A stretch of DNA of 64,000 bases from an uncultured Dehalococcoidaceae bacterium (GCA_964558675.1 CAZLEY010000002.1:9359-73358); one strand, 5' to 3'; shown: positions 52,137-62,153, counted from the first letter of the stretch. The notes: a model not told the origin generated them from the letters alone. Numbers and translations are program-made.

Positions 52137-54095
52137 CTAACTGGGAATCCTCAGGGTTACCGTGGTGCCCGTATCTGGCTCTGATTGTACGATTAAGGTC
52201 CCCCCGATAAGGCGTGCCCTTTCGCGCATCCCGATGATGCCTATCTTCCCGGACAGGGCCAGATCGCTTGTCCTTTCGGGCATATTAAATCCTTGACCGT
52301 TGTCGCTTATGATTAAAGTCAAAGCGTCAGCGCCAAAATCCAGATTCATCTCAACCGCTGAAGCATGTGAATGTCTCCTGACATTGCTTAATACTTCCTG
52401 AGCGATGCGGAAGACGGTCAATTCCTCTTCCGGCGCAAGCCGACGCCTTTTGCCGGTGATATTGACCCGCGTGGTAATCTCGTAGCTCTTTTCAAGGTCG
52501 GTAATGAGCCACTCCAGCGCCGGTATCAACCCCAGGTCATCCAGTATTGATGGTCTGAGGTCCTGGCTGAAGCGGCGTACGCCTTCGAGAGCGGAGTCAG
52601 ACATCTCATGCAATTTATCCAGGCGCTCTGTTATCGGCTTGGTCAGTTCCTTCTCTTCCGTGATAAGCGAGTCCAGGCCGCGTGAAAGAGTGGCCAGAAT
52701 TTGAGCAGTGTCGTCATGGAGTTCACGAGAGATGCGCAATCGTTCATCCTCCTGGGCTCTTGTCACCTGTTTTATGTAGTACTCCATATTCTGCCGTAAT
52801 TCCTTTTCCTCGGTTACGTCCTGGGCAATAACCTGCAGACCGATTACCTCGTTTCTTCTGAGCAAAGGGCCAATCCTGAGCTCGAAAAACGCCTCTGTTC
52901 CATCCTTTCTGGTCAGGCCGACTTCCTCAACCCCGCCGACCGTTACCTGCTCCATTTTTTCCGAGAAAAGCTGTTTGACCTTCTCCTGGCTTACGCCGGA
53001 AAAGAGTTCGTAGATGGACGTGGATGTCAGTTCTTTCTGTGTGAAGCCGGTGAGCTGTTCACAGGTCTTATTAACCGAGATAATCCTGGCTGTCGTGGAG
53101 CAGATAAAAATGGCATCACTGGAATTTTCAAACAGTCCTCTGTAGCGCTCCTCTGATATCCGCAGTTGTTGAGCGGTAATCTGCTGTTGCTGATAAAGGT
53201 GTGCGTTTTCAACGGCAACGCCAATCTGATTGCCGATGGCGGTAAGCAATTCCACTTCCTCCGGCTGAAACTGGCGGTAGCTGTACATGGAAATGCAGAT
53301 GGTACCGTTGACCTTCCTTTTGGAACTTAGCGGAACAATCAGTGTGGAGTGCAGTTTGAATTTACTGACGACTTCCCTGGTAAGTCTGGGGTCCTGGGAA
53401 GCATCCTCGACAAACAGAGGTTGCCCGGACTGGGCTACACTACCGTTGAAACCTTCTCCCAGCTTAAGCCTGTCCACGCCCCGGGCAAGCTCTTCGGATG
53501 AGCCACGGTGAGTCGCCAGGGCAAGCTCATTGGTTTTTTCATCCAGAAGAAATATCCAGCCAATGTCGGCTTGCATGACATCGACGACACTGTCTATAGC
53601 GTTACTCAGGACATGGCTCAGTTCCAGAGATTCGGAGACGGTGCCTGATATCTGGTTAAGAGCGGCAAGTCGTCTCTCATCATCTCTGATGACCTGCACA
53701 TTTGCCTGAAGCTCCTGCTGGGCATTCTCCAGTTGATGAACCGCCCGTTGTTGCCGATGAATAAGCCAGCTAACCAGCAGTCCGATTAAGAAAAAAGCAA
53801 TGGTCTCGGTTATTGCTTCCGGCACCTGGGTGGAGAAGAGTATAGCCCGTGGCAGGAGCGCTATACTGATGAAAACGGCCGTAATTATCCCGCCCTGCAG
53901 TCTGAAGACGAAGGCAGCGTAAGCGACCGGGATGATGGAGAGGATACGGTATGTTGAATAGCGAGCCAGCTGAACAGGTGTCTGAGGCACTATAGTCTGA
54001 AGCAAGGGAATCTGGTCAGCATAGTAAATAAGGGCCCCAAAAACCATGATAGCCAGGATAATCCAGAAATGCGGAACCCTGTATATACTCTTCAC
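52137..54095 (-). CDS. Sensor histidine kinase (membrane, GAF, PAS, HisKA_3, HATPase)
   Basis: About 4 N-terminal transmembrane helices. H-box RISRELHDDTAQILA. C-terminal GIIGMRERARLIGGTLIVQSEPDTGTTVTLRIP. Confidence 0.85.
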   Translation of the reverse strand: MKSIYRVPHFWIILAIMVFGALIYYADQIPLLQTIVPQTPVQLARYSTYRILSIIPVAYAAFVFRLQGGIITAVFISIALLPRAILFSTQVPEAITETIAFFLIGLLVSWLIHRQQRAVHQLENAQQELQANVQVIRDDERRLAALNQISGTVSESLELSHVLSNAIDSVVDVMQADIGWIFLLDEKTNELALATHRGSSEELARGVDRLKLGEGFNGSVAQSGQPLFVEDASQDPRLTREVVSKFKLHSTLIVPLSSKRKVNGTICISMYSYRQFQPEEVELLTAIGNQIGVAVENAHLYQQQQITAQQLRISEERYRGLFENSSDAIFICSTTARIISVNKTCEQLTGFTQKELTSTSIYELFSGVSQEKVKQLFSEKMEQVTVGGVEEVGLTRKDGTEAFFELRIGPLLRRNEVIGLQVIAQDVTEEKELRQNMEYYIKQVTRAQEDERLRISRELHDDTAQILATLSRGLDSLITEEKELTKPITERLDKLHEMSDSALEGVRRFSQDLRPSILDDLGLIPALEWLITDLEKSYEITTRVNITGKRRRLAPEEELTVFRIAQEVLSNVRRHSHASAVEMNLDFGADALTLIISDNGQGFNMPERTSDLALSGKIGIIGMRERARLIGGTLIVQSEPDTGTTVTLRIPS

Positions 54096-54119
54096 AGCTA
54101 TTATCCTCTTTGTCAGGCA

Positions 54120-54782
54120 CTACGCCAGGTCGTCCAGACTTAACCAGCCTTTTCTCAGTGCCTGCAAAACAGCCTCGGTTCTAGAGCCTACGTCCATCTT
54201 GCGGAAAATATTGGCCAGATGGGCCTGCACGGTACGTCGGCTTACAAATAGCTTATCGGCGATATCCTGATTGCTCATGCCTTGGGCAGCTAACTTCAAT
54301 ATCTCCGTTTCACGTTCACTGAGTTCCGCTAGCTGTGTCGGCTCGCTGGAATCCTGACCGACGCCGAAGCGGCTAAAGACCTTCTGGGCAATGGCTGGAT
54401 GGAGTACCGCCTCCCCGGCATATACGGCACGAATAGCGTTGATTAAGTCCTTGCCGCTGACATTCTTTAACAGGTATCCAGCCGCCCCTGCCTCCAGCAG
54501 TGCCATAATATACTGGTCGTTATCATAAGCGCTTAGAATCAGTACGGCTGTAGAAGGTTGGCTGGCTTTAATCTGTCGCGTTGCCTCAATACCATTGACC
54601 TTGGGCATGGCAATATCCATTAAAACCACATGGGGAGATTTTTTGCTGGCAAGCTCAATGGCCTCTTCGCCGTCGCTGGCCTCGCCGATAACCTCCATAT
54701 CCTTCTCTTTATCAATCAGGTTGCGCGTTCCCTCACGGAAAAGCGCATGGTCATCAGCGATAATAACATTTATCTTGCCCAT
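54120..54782 (-). CDS. NarL/LuxR-family response regulator
   Basis: VIIADDHALFREG...HVVLMDIAMP plus LSERETEILKLAAQGMSNQDIADKL. Confidence 0.85.
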   Translation of the reverse strand: MGKINVIIADDHALFREGTRNLIDKEKDMEVIGEASDGEEAIELASKKSPHVVLMDIAMPKVNGIEATRQIKASQPSTAVLILSAYDNDQYIMALLEAGAAGYLLKNVSGKDLINAIRAVYAGEAVLHPAIAQKVFSRFGVGQDSSEPTQLAELSERETEILKLAAQGMSNQDIADKLFVSRRTVQAHLANIFRKMDVGSRTEAVLQALRKGWLSLDDLA

Positions 54783-55041
54783 ATGGTTATAGCCTTTTAT
54801 ACCTCAGCGGCATCTCCTCGTACCATTATAGTCTGTGATAAGCAAGAGTTCAAAGTCACCCGAATCGTTTAAGATGGCGTTTAAGTGGAGACTACGTGAT
54901 GTAATCGAAGCTTGGCAATATGCACACATGGCCTAGTAAAGAAATAGGCCAAGATGACAGGTCAAATTAGGTCAGGTGACAGATGAAAGACCGTAAACTC
55001 GGTGTTAACATAAAATTAGAGGGAACTAAGGGAGGTGACAT

Positions 55042-55380
55042 ATGGAGAGGGAAGAGGACGATAATTTCATCAGTATCTCGACAGTGCTTGATGAACTGGA
55101 AAAAGACTTATCATCCCGCACAATCAGCCTGAGAAAGGAAAAGGCTCCCTGTGGCAAGGAAGCAATCCTTGAAGTGCTGGCCAGGGCTGCCGATGACCAT
55201 AAGTTTCTGGCCCGGCTGGCGGAGGACCCTGCCAGGGTGCTTAAAGAGTATAACCTGACGTCAGAGGAGAGAGCTGCCCTGGCGTCAGGTGACTTGCGCC
55301 GGATAGAATCATGGGTCGGTAAGCTGGATAAGCGAATGAGCACCTGGATATGGTGCCGACTTCAGCAGGAGAAGTGGTAA
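55042..55380 (+). CDS. Small protein carrying a ~65-aa helical domain also found at the FdhA C-terminus (LigA-subunit-like by eye)
   Basis: FLARLAEDPARVLKEYNLTSEERAALASGDLRRIESWVGKLDKRMSTWIWCRLQQEKW compared with the FdhA tail FFTRLAENPAEALKEYDLTPEEKVAIASGDLRKIESWVGKLDERLKKWLVARLAQEKW. Confidence 0.6.
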   Translation: MEREEDDNFISISTVLDELEKDLSSRTISLRKEKAPCGKEAILEVLARAADDHKFLARLAEDPARVLKEYNLTSEERAALASGDLRRIESWVGKLDKRMSTWIWCRLQQEKW

Positions 55381-55397
55381 ATAAAGTGAGGTCTGAA

Positions 55398-55913
55398 ATG
55401 AGTATAGCCGAGGTAACAAAGGATACACATGCGGTTGCTCCAAGAGATGAAGTAACTGTTGTTGAAACTCGAGTAAGCGAAATTCTGGCGTCATATACGG
55501 GCGAAAAAGCTGAGCTGATACCGATATTACAGGATGTCCAGCACGCTTTTGGCTATTTGCCCGAGGAGGCTATGAGACAGATAGCGCAGTTTGTTAATGT
55601 ACCGGAGTGCACTGTCTTCGGGGTGGCTACTTTTTACGCTCAGTTCAAGCTTGTTCCCACGGGACGGAATATCGTCAGGGTTTGCCGGGGAACGGCCTGC
55701 CACGTACGGGGAGGCGCGCGCATCCTTAAAGAAGTGGAGAGAAAGCTGGGTATTAAGCCGGGCGAAAGCACAGCGGACCTTGAATATGCCCTGGAAACCG
55801 TTGCCTGCATCGGTGCCTGCGCTCTGGCGCCCAACATGACGATAAACGACAACACCTACGGCCAGATGACCACCAGGAAGGTGGCTGGAATCCTGGGTAC
55901 AAAGAAGGCCTGA
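55398..55913 (+). CDS. NuoE/HydC-like [2Fe-2S] thioredoxin-like subunit
   Basis: VCRGTACHVRG...CIGACALAP. The start at ATG 55398 is preferred because the track start overlaps the upstream gene. Confidence 0.8.
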   Translation: MSIAEVTKDTHAVAPRDEVTVVETRVSEILASYTGEKAELIPILQDVQHAFGYLPEEAMRQIAQFVNVPECTVFGVATFYAQFKLVPTGRNIVRVCRGTACHVRGGARILKEVERKLGIKPGESTADLEYALETVACIGACALAPNMTINDNTYGQMTTRKVAGILGTKKA

Positions 55914-55949
55914 TGGGCTGGTCTGGCTAAGCGGAGGTTACGAAGGGGT

Positions 55950-58900
55950 ATGACAATGGATTTTGAGAAAATAAAGGCTCAAGCAATCTCAGAATGGAAA
56001 ACGATGGAAAGCAGTGATAAGCCCCGTATTTTTATTGGCGCTGCTACCTGCGGTCGGGTAGCCGGTGCATTGGCTGTACTTGATGCGGTTAATGCAACGC
56101 TTTTAAAACATAATCTGGAGGCTGCAATTACCCAGGTTGGCTGTATCGGGCTTTGTTATGCCGAGCCTATAATTAATATCATTAAGCCGGGACGCCCGCA
56201 GATTTACTACGGGAGCCTCACGCCGGAACTTGCCTCTCAACTTATCGAGGACTATCTTATCAAGGACAATCCCCGTCCAGACCTGGCTCTCGGTACTGTT
56301 GGTGACGGTTCTATCGAGGGAATTCCCAAGTTGTTCGATTTGCCGATGCTTAAGCCACAGGTGCGTATAGCTCTACGTAATTGCGGCCTCATAGACCCTG
56401 AGAATATAAATCACTATATAGCCAGAGGTGGTTATGGTGGTTTTCTCAGGGCGCTGGAAATGTCGCCAGAAGCAGTGATTGAGGAGATAAAGAAGTCGGG
56501 TTTACGTGGGCGCGGCGGCGCCGGTTTTCCCACCGGCCTCAAGTGGCAGTTCTGCCGGCAGTCACCTGGTACCATGAAGTACATAATCTGCAACGCCGAT
56601 GAAGGCGACCCCGGAGCCTTTATGGACAGGTCACTTTTAGAGGGTGACCCCCATGCTGTTCTGGAAGGTATGCTCATCGGCGCTTATACTATAGGTGCAA
56701 AGGAAGGGTATATCTATGCACGAGCCGAGTACCCGCTGGCTATCGAGCGCCTGAATGTGGCTCTAGAGCAGATGAGTGATATCGGCTTGCTGGGCGAGAA
56801 TATCCTCGGGTCTAATTTTAGTTTCCACCTGAAAATCAAGCAGGGAGCCGGGGCTTTTGTCTGTGGTGAAGAAACAGCCCTGATAGCGTCTATTGAAGGT
56901 GAGCGTGGCTTGCCTCGTCCCCGTCCACCCTTCCCCGCTCAGGCAGGATTATGGGGCAAGCCGACGAATATCAATAATGTTGAAACCTGGGCGAATGTCT
57001 CGGCAATTTTAAAAGATGGCGCCGATTGGTATGCCAGTTATGGCTCAGAGGGGAGTAAGGGGACCAAGACTTTTGCTCTGGCTGGTAAAATCCAGCGTAC
57101 CGGCCTCATTGAGGTGCCACTGGGCATAACCCTGAGCGAGATAATTTTCGATATCGGCGGTGGTATTCCCAACGGCAAACGCTTTAAGGCGGTGCAGACC
57201 GGCGGGCCGTCCGGAGGGTGTTTACCGGCCAGCTTTCTCAATTCTCCGGTTGATTATGAATCCCTGGCCAGTGCCGGTTCTATTATGGGGTCGGGTGGTA
57301 TGGTGGTATTGGACGAGGATACCTGCATGGTGGATATGGCCAGGTTTTTCCTTTCCTTTACTCAGTTTGAATCCTGCGGTAAGTGCATCCAGTGCCGCTG
57401 GGGCACCAAGCAGATGCTGGCCATTCTGGAAGATATTACCAGTGGTAGAGGACGGCCCGATGATATCGACCTTCTGATTGAGTTGAGCGAAGCGGTTAAA
57501 AACGGGTCGCGCTGCGGGCTGGGCCAGACAGCGCCCAACCCCGTGCTCTCTACCATACGTTACTTCCGGGATGAATACGAATCTCATATTATGAAATTAC
57601 ATTGCCCGGCGGCTGTATGCAAGGGGCTGGTCAAAGCGCCCTGCAGTCATACCTGCCCGGCTGGCGTTGATGTGCCGCGCTATATTCGCCTGATTTCCGA
57701 GGGAAACTATGATGAAGCGCTGTCTGTCATAAGGGAAAAAATCCCGTTCCCGTCTGTCTGCGGATACGTATGTATCCACCCCTGTGAATCGAAGTGCCGC
57801 CGGGGTCAGCTGGATGAGTCCATTGCCATCAGGGCGTTAAAGCGCTTTGCCGCTGACTATGGCGGTAAGAGTGCTGCCGAACCTGTGATAGCGTCACCCT
57901 CCGGAAAGCGGGTAGCTGTCGTAGGGTCAGGTCCGGCCGGTCTGACCGCTGCCTATTACCTGGCCAAGCTATGCGGTCACGCCGTCACCGTGTTTGAATC
58001 CCTGCCGGAGGCAGGCGGGATGATGAGGGTTGGTATCCCCAGATACCGGTTGCCCGGTGACTTACTTGACGCCGAGATAGATGCCATCAGGCAGGTCGGT
58101 GTAGAGATAAAGACGAATACCAGGATAGATTCCGTGGCATCGCTCCGTGAGCAGGGGTACGACTCTGTATTTCTCGCCCTCGGTGCCCATGCCGGCATAC
58201 CCATGCGTGTTGAAGGAGAAGATACAACGGGGGTAATGGACTGCGTATCGCTGCTCCGTGATGTCAGTCTGGGCAAGGAGGTAAAGCTCGGCAAGAGGGT
58301 GGCCGTTGTCGGTGGGGGCAATGCGGCGATTGATGCCTCCCGCACCGCCCTGCGACTCGGTGCCAAAAAGGTGACCATTTACTACCGGCGCACCCGTGAC
58401 GAGATGCCGGCCGCCGATGAGGAAATAAATGAAGCGTTGGAGGAAGGCGTCGGTATAGAATTCCTTGCCAACCCCAGCAAGATATGGCGAGAGAACGGGC
58501 ACCTCAAGATGAATTGTGTCCGAATGAAGCTGGGGGATATTGATGATAGTGGCCGCCGACGGCCGGAGCCTATCCCTGGCAGCGAATTTGAAGAAGAGTT
58601 TGATGTCATCGTGGCGGCCGTCGGTCAGAGGCCGGAGATTCCCGACCAGATGGGGGTAAAAACCAATGGCCGGAGTACCATAGATACTGACCAGTATACG
58701 CTCGCCACTGACCTGGACGGTGTGTTTGCGGGTGGGGATGTCGTCAGTGGACCGGCTTCGGTAATCGAGGCGATTGCCGCCGGACGGCAGGCCGCTATTT
58801 CCATAGATAAATACCTCGGTGGCCGGGGCCTGATTGACGAAAGACTGGCTCCGCCTGAAGATATAGCGGCATCTCCGGCGGTGGAAGAAGATGAAGAAAG

Positions 58901-59036
58901 AAGGCGACCCGAAATGCCGGTGCTGGCTGTTGACCGGCGTCTTAAGGACTTCAGTACCGTCGAGCTTGGCTACACGGTGGAAGCGGCGACTGAGGAGGCG
59001 GGGCGCTGCCTGAGGTGCGACCTTGAGGAAGACTAA
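55950..59036 (+). CDS. NuoF-like FMN/NADH subunit fused to a GltD/NfnB-like FAD/NAD(P)H module (1028 aa)
   Basis: GRGGAGFPTGLKW and CGKCIQCRWG...CGLGQTAP, then CIHPCESKCRRG, VAVVGSGPAGL and GGGNAAIDASR. Confidence 0.8.
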   Translation: MTMDFEKIKAQAISEWKTMESSDKPRIFIGAATCGRVAGALAVLDAVNATLLKHNLEAAITQVGCIGLCYAEPIINIIKPGRPQIYYGSLTPELASQLIEDYLIKDNPRPDLALGTVGDGSIEGIPKLFDLPMLKPQVRIALRNCGLIDPENINHYIARGGYGGFLRALEMSPEAVIEEIKKSGLRGRGGAGFPTGLKWQFCRQSPGTMKYIICNADEGDPGAFMDRSLLEGDPHAVLEGMLIGAYTIGAKEGYIYARAEYPLAIERLNVALEQMSDIGLLGENILGSNFSFHLKIKQGAGAFVCGEETALIASIEGERGLPRPRPPFPAQAGLWGKPTNINNVETWANVSAILKDGADWYASYGSEGSKGTKTFALAGKIQRTGLIEVPLGITLSEIIFDIGGGIPNGKRFKAVQTGGPSGGCLPASFLNSPVDYESLASAGSIMGSGGMVVLDEDTCMVDMARFFLSFTQFESCGKCIQCRWGTKQMLAILEDITSGRGRPDDIDLLIELSEAVKNGSRCGLGQTAPNPVLSTIRYFRDEYESHIMKLHCPAAVCKGLVKAPCSHTCPAGVDVPRYIRLISEGNYDEALSVIREKIPFPSVCGYVCIHPCESKCRRGQLDESIAIRALKRFAADYGGKSAAEPVIASPSGKRVAVVGSGPAGLTAAYYLAKLCGHAVTVFESLPEAGGMMRVGIPRYRLPGDLLDAEIDAIRQVGVEIKTNTRIDSVASLREQGYDSVFLALGAHAGIPMRVEGEDTTGVMDCVSLLRDVSLGKEVKLGKRVAVVGGGNAAIDASRTALRLGAKKVTIYYRRTRDEMPAADEEINEALEEGVGIEFLANPSKIWRENGHLKMNCVRMKLGDIDDSGRRRPEPIPGSEFEEEFDVIVAAVGQRPEIPDQMGVKTNGRSTIDTDQYTLATDLDGVFAGGDVVSGPASVIEAIAAGRQAAISIDKYLGGRGLIDERLAPPEDIAASPAVEEDEERRRPEMPVLAVDRRLKDFSTVELGYTVEAATEEAGRCLRCDLEED

Positions 59037-59095
59037 AAAGAAATTAAACATGACGATAAATTATATTGGATACTACCTTTCCGACGGAGGATAAC

Positions 59096-62059
59096 ATGGC
59101 TACGATGATTCCAACCACCAGGGAAGAGCAAAAGCTGGATACTGTTACCGTGACTATTGACGGTAAGAAGATTGAAGTACCACAGGGAGCTACCGTACTG
59201 GAGGCAGCACAGAGTGCCGGCATTTATATCCCGACTCTCTGCCATGACCCTGACCTCAAGCCGTACGGGGCCTGCTGCCTCTGTGTCGTTGAGGTTGAGG
59301 GTATGCGCGGCCTGCCCACCTCATGTACCACGCCGGCAACCGATGGCATGGTGGTGCATACCGAGTCGACCATGGTGACTCAGTCCCGGCGTATTACCAT
59401 GGAGCTTATCATGGCTAATCACCACGGTGACTGCCTCACCTGTGCCAAGAACCAGCAGTGTGATATACAGAAAATAGCACGGTACCTGGGCGTTGAACAG
59501 GAGCACTTTGACAGGATGCGGAAAAGCCAGGAGCTGATTCCTGTTGATGACAGCCATCCCGCTTTTACCCGTGACCCTAATAAATGTATTCTCTGCGGTA
59601 AGTGCGTTCGTGCCTGCCACGAAATTGCCGGTGTCGGGGCTATTGACTTGGCTTTCAGAGGCGACTCGGCCAGAGTAAGCACCTTCGGCGATAAACCCCT
59701 TATCAAATCCATATGTGAGTCATGCGGTGAGTGCCTGGCGCGGTGTCCTACCGGCGCCCTTGTAGCTAAAAGCACCCGCCAGCCGACCCGTGAGGTTAAG
59801 ACAACCTGTCCTTACTGCGGCGTAGGCTGCTCCATATATCTGGGGATTCGTGGAAATGAAATAGTCAGCGTGCGGGGCGATACGGAAAGTCCCGTCAACA
59901 GGGGCGGCCTCTGTGTCAAGGGGAGGTTTGGCTTTGACTTCGTTAATCACCCCGACAGGCTTACCCGTCCGCTGATAAGGAAAGAAGGCTGGAGTAAGGA
60001 TGTCGAGGTGAATGGCAATTTCAAAGACATCTTCCGCGAAGCCAGCTGGGACGAAGCCCTTGAACTGGTGGCGGACAATCTCTCCAGAATCAAAACGGAA
60101 CACGGTCCGGACAGCCTTGGTGTACTGAGTTCGGCCAAGTTTACCAACGAGGAAAACTACCTGGTGCAGAAGTTCACCCGGGCTGTATTGGGCACCAATA
60201 ACGTTGACCACTGCGCCCGGCTCTGCCATGCCTCGACAGTGGTCGCTGCCGCCGCTGCCTTCGGTGATGGTGCCATGAGCAATTCCATTGACGATTTTGC
60301 CAAGGCTGATGTCCTGTTTATCATTGGCTCCAATACCACTGAGTGTCATCCCATCATCGGACGGATAATACGCCAGCGCGTAAAATCAGGGAACGCCAAG
60401 CTGATAGTAGCTGACCCCCGCGCCATCCAGTTAGCCAAACTGTCTACTGTTCATCTGCGCCACAAACCAGGAACAGACGTTGCCCTGATTAACGCTATGA
60501 TGAATGTGATTCTCCAAGAGGGACTGCATGACCAGAAATTTATTGAGGAACGTACCGAAGGTTTTGAGGAGCTGGCAGAGACCGTCAAGCAGTACACCCC
60601 TAAGATGGCACATGAGATAGCCGGCGTTTCTGAGGCCAGTATTGTAAGAGCCGCGAGACTCTTCGCCGGTGCCGAGAAGGCGGCTGTCCTCTACGGCATG
60701 GGTATAACCCAGCACACCACGGGTACGGACAATGTTAAAAGTCTTGCCAACCTGCTGATGCTGACGGGGAATATTGGCCGTGAGGGCACCGGCTTCAGCC
60801 CGCTCAGGGGTCAGAACAACGTTCAGGGAGCGTGTGATATGGGGGCCCTGCCCAATGTCTTCCCCGGCTATCAACAGGTAGCCAATCCGGAGGCCAGGCA
60901 GAAATTCGAGACAGCTTGGGACTGCACTATCAAGGATAAACCGGGGCTGCCCGTTACCGAAATGGTAGAAGCCGCTGCACAGGGGCAGATAAAGGCCATG
61001 TACGTGCTCGGAGAGAATCCCATAATGAGCGAACCTTACACATTCCATACCAAGCGGGCTATACAACAGCTGGAATTTCTGGTAGTCCAGGACATATTCC
61101 CCACGGAGACGGCCGTTCTTGCCGATGTTATTCTGCCGGCGGCTACCTTCGCCGAAAAGGATGGCACTTTTACCAGCACCGAGAGGCGGGTGCAGAGAAT
61201 AAGGAAAGCCATCGAGCCTCCCGGTGAAGCCAAACCTGACTGGCAGATTGTCTCTTTGCTGGCTGATAAGATGGGTTATCCGTGTAATTACCAGAACGCC
61301 GAGGAGATAAACGAGGAAATGACGGCGCTTACCCCTATCTATGGCGGTATGCATTATGACCGTCTGGAGGATTACGGACTACAATGGCCCTGCTATGACC
61401 GGACCCACCCCGGGACGTCCACTCTTCATGTGGGTAAGTTTACTCGCGGTCTGGGTAAGTTCCATGCTGTTGAATACAAGCCTCCGGCGGAATCGGTTTC
61501 TGCCGACTATCCCCTCATTCTTACCACCGGGCGAGTGCTGGAGCACTGGCACACGGGCAGCATGAGCCGGAGGACCAAGGTGCTGCACGACCTCTATCCA
61601 AAAGGTGCCGTTGATATCCACCCTGATGATGCCTTGAAACTGGGTATCGTAGATGGCGACCTCGTCACCATAGCTTCGGAGCGAGGCAAGATAGAAACCC
61701 CGGTTCGTGTTACTGATGAGACATCTCCCGGGCTTGCTTTCATGGCTTTACACTGGAAAGAGTCACCGGCCAATGTTTTGACCAATGCGGCTCTGGACCC
61801 TGTAGCCAAAATCCCGGAGTTCAAAGTCTCTGCCGTCAAGGCGGTATTGGCGGTACTGGACAGGGCTACTCAGGACAACGCCTTTTTTACGCGTCTTGCC
61901 GAGAACCCCGCTGAGGCGTTGAAAGAATATGACTTAACGCCTGAAGAAAAAGTGGCCATTGCCAGCGGCGATTTGCGGAAAATCGAGTCATGGGTTGGCA
62001 AACTGGATGAACGCCTGAAGAAATGGCTTGTTGCCAGACTGGCACAGGAAAAATGGTAG
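59096..62059 (+). CDS. fdhA: Formate dehydrogenase catalytic subunit, Cys type, with a NuoG-like Fe-S N-terminus and a C-terminal ~70-aa extension
   Basis: 2Fe-2S and 4Fe-4S motifs, CPYCGVGC, and NNVDHCARLCHAS with Cys codon TGC at 60224-60226 where seleno-FDHs have Sec. The Mo-bisPGD domains end at PEFKVSAVKA. ATG 59096 follows a GGAGGA ribosome-binding site. Confidence 0.85.
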   Translation: MATMIPTTREEQKLDTVTVTIDGKKIEVPQGATVLEAAQSAGIYIPTLCHDPDLKPYGACCLCVVEVEGMRGLPTSCTTPATDGMVVHTESTMVTQSRRITMELIMANHHGDCLTCAKNQQCDIQKIARYLGVEQEHFDRMRKSQELIPVDDSHPAFTRDPNKCILCGKCVRACHEIAGVGAIDLAFRGDSARVSTFGDKPLIKSICESCGECLARCPTGALVAKSTRQPTREVKTTCPYCGVGCSIYLGIRGNEIVSVRGDTESPVNRGGLCVKGRFGFDFVNHPDRLTRPLIRKEGWSKDVEVNGNFKDIFREASWDEALELVADNLSRIKTEHGPDSLGVLSSAKFTNEENYLVQKFTRAVLGTNNVDHCARLCHASTVVAAAAAFGDGAMSNSIDDFAKADVLFIIGSNTTECHPIIGRIIRQRVKSGNAKLIVADPRAIQLAKLSTVHLRHKPGTDVALINAMMNVILQEGLHDQKFIEERTEGFEELAETVKQYTPKMAHEIAGVSEASIVRAARLFAGAEKAAVLYGMGITQHTTGTDNVKSLANLLMLTGNIGREGTGFSPLRGQNNVQGACDMGALPNVFPGYQQVANPEARQKFETAWDCTIKDKPGLPVTEMVEAAAQGQIKAMYVLGENPIMSEPYTFHTKRAIQQLEFLVVQDIFPTETAVLADVILPAATFAEKDGTFTSTERRVQRIRKAIEPPGEAKPDWQIVSLLADKMGYPCNYQNAEEINEEMTALTPIYGGMHYDRLEDYGLQWPCYDRTHPGTSTLHVGKFTRGLGKFHAVEYKPPAESVSADYPLILTTGRVLEHWHTGSMSRRTKVLHDLYPKGAVDIHPDDALKLGIVDGDLVTIASERGKIETPVRVTDETSPGLAFMALHWKESPANVLTNAALDPVAKIPEFKVSAVKAVLAVLDRATQDNAFFTRLAENPAEALKEYDLTPEEKVAIASGDLRKIESWVGKLDERLKKWLVARLAQEKW

Positions 62060-62153
62060 CCAGCAACTGGAATGAGTGGTAGAATGCATTTGGATTAATG
62101 TCAACCCAAATGATGAATGGCGGAAGCACATCTGGAAATTCGGGTAGAGATAA

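Noticed and set aside
58062-59051. 329-aa minus-strand ORF. Similar long antisense ORFs occur at 59720..60349 and 60431..61354.
   Set aside because: They are shadow ORFs opposite the NuoF::GltD and FdhA genes. Their products are Arg/Gly/Pro-rich with no motifs.
60224-60226. Looked for a selenocysteine TGA in FdhA, because the genome appears to use Sec.
   Set aside because: The ORF is uninterrupted, and the catalytic position is a TGC Cys codon in the motif HCARLCHAS.
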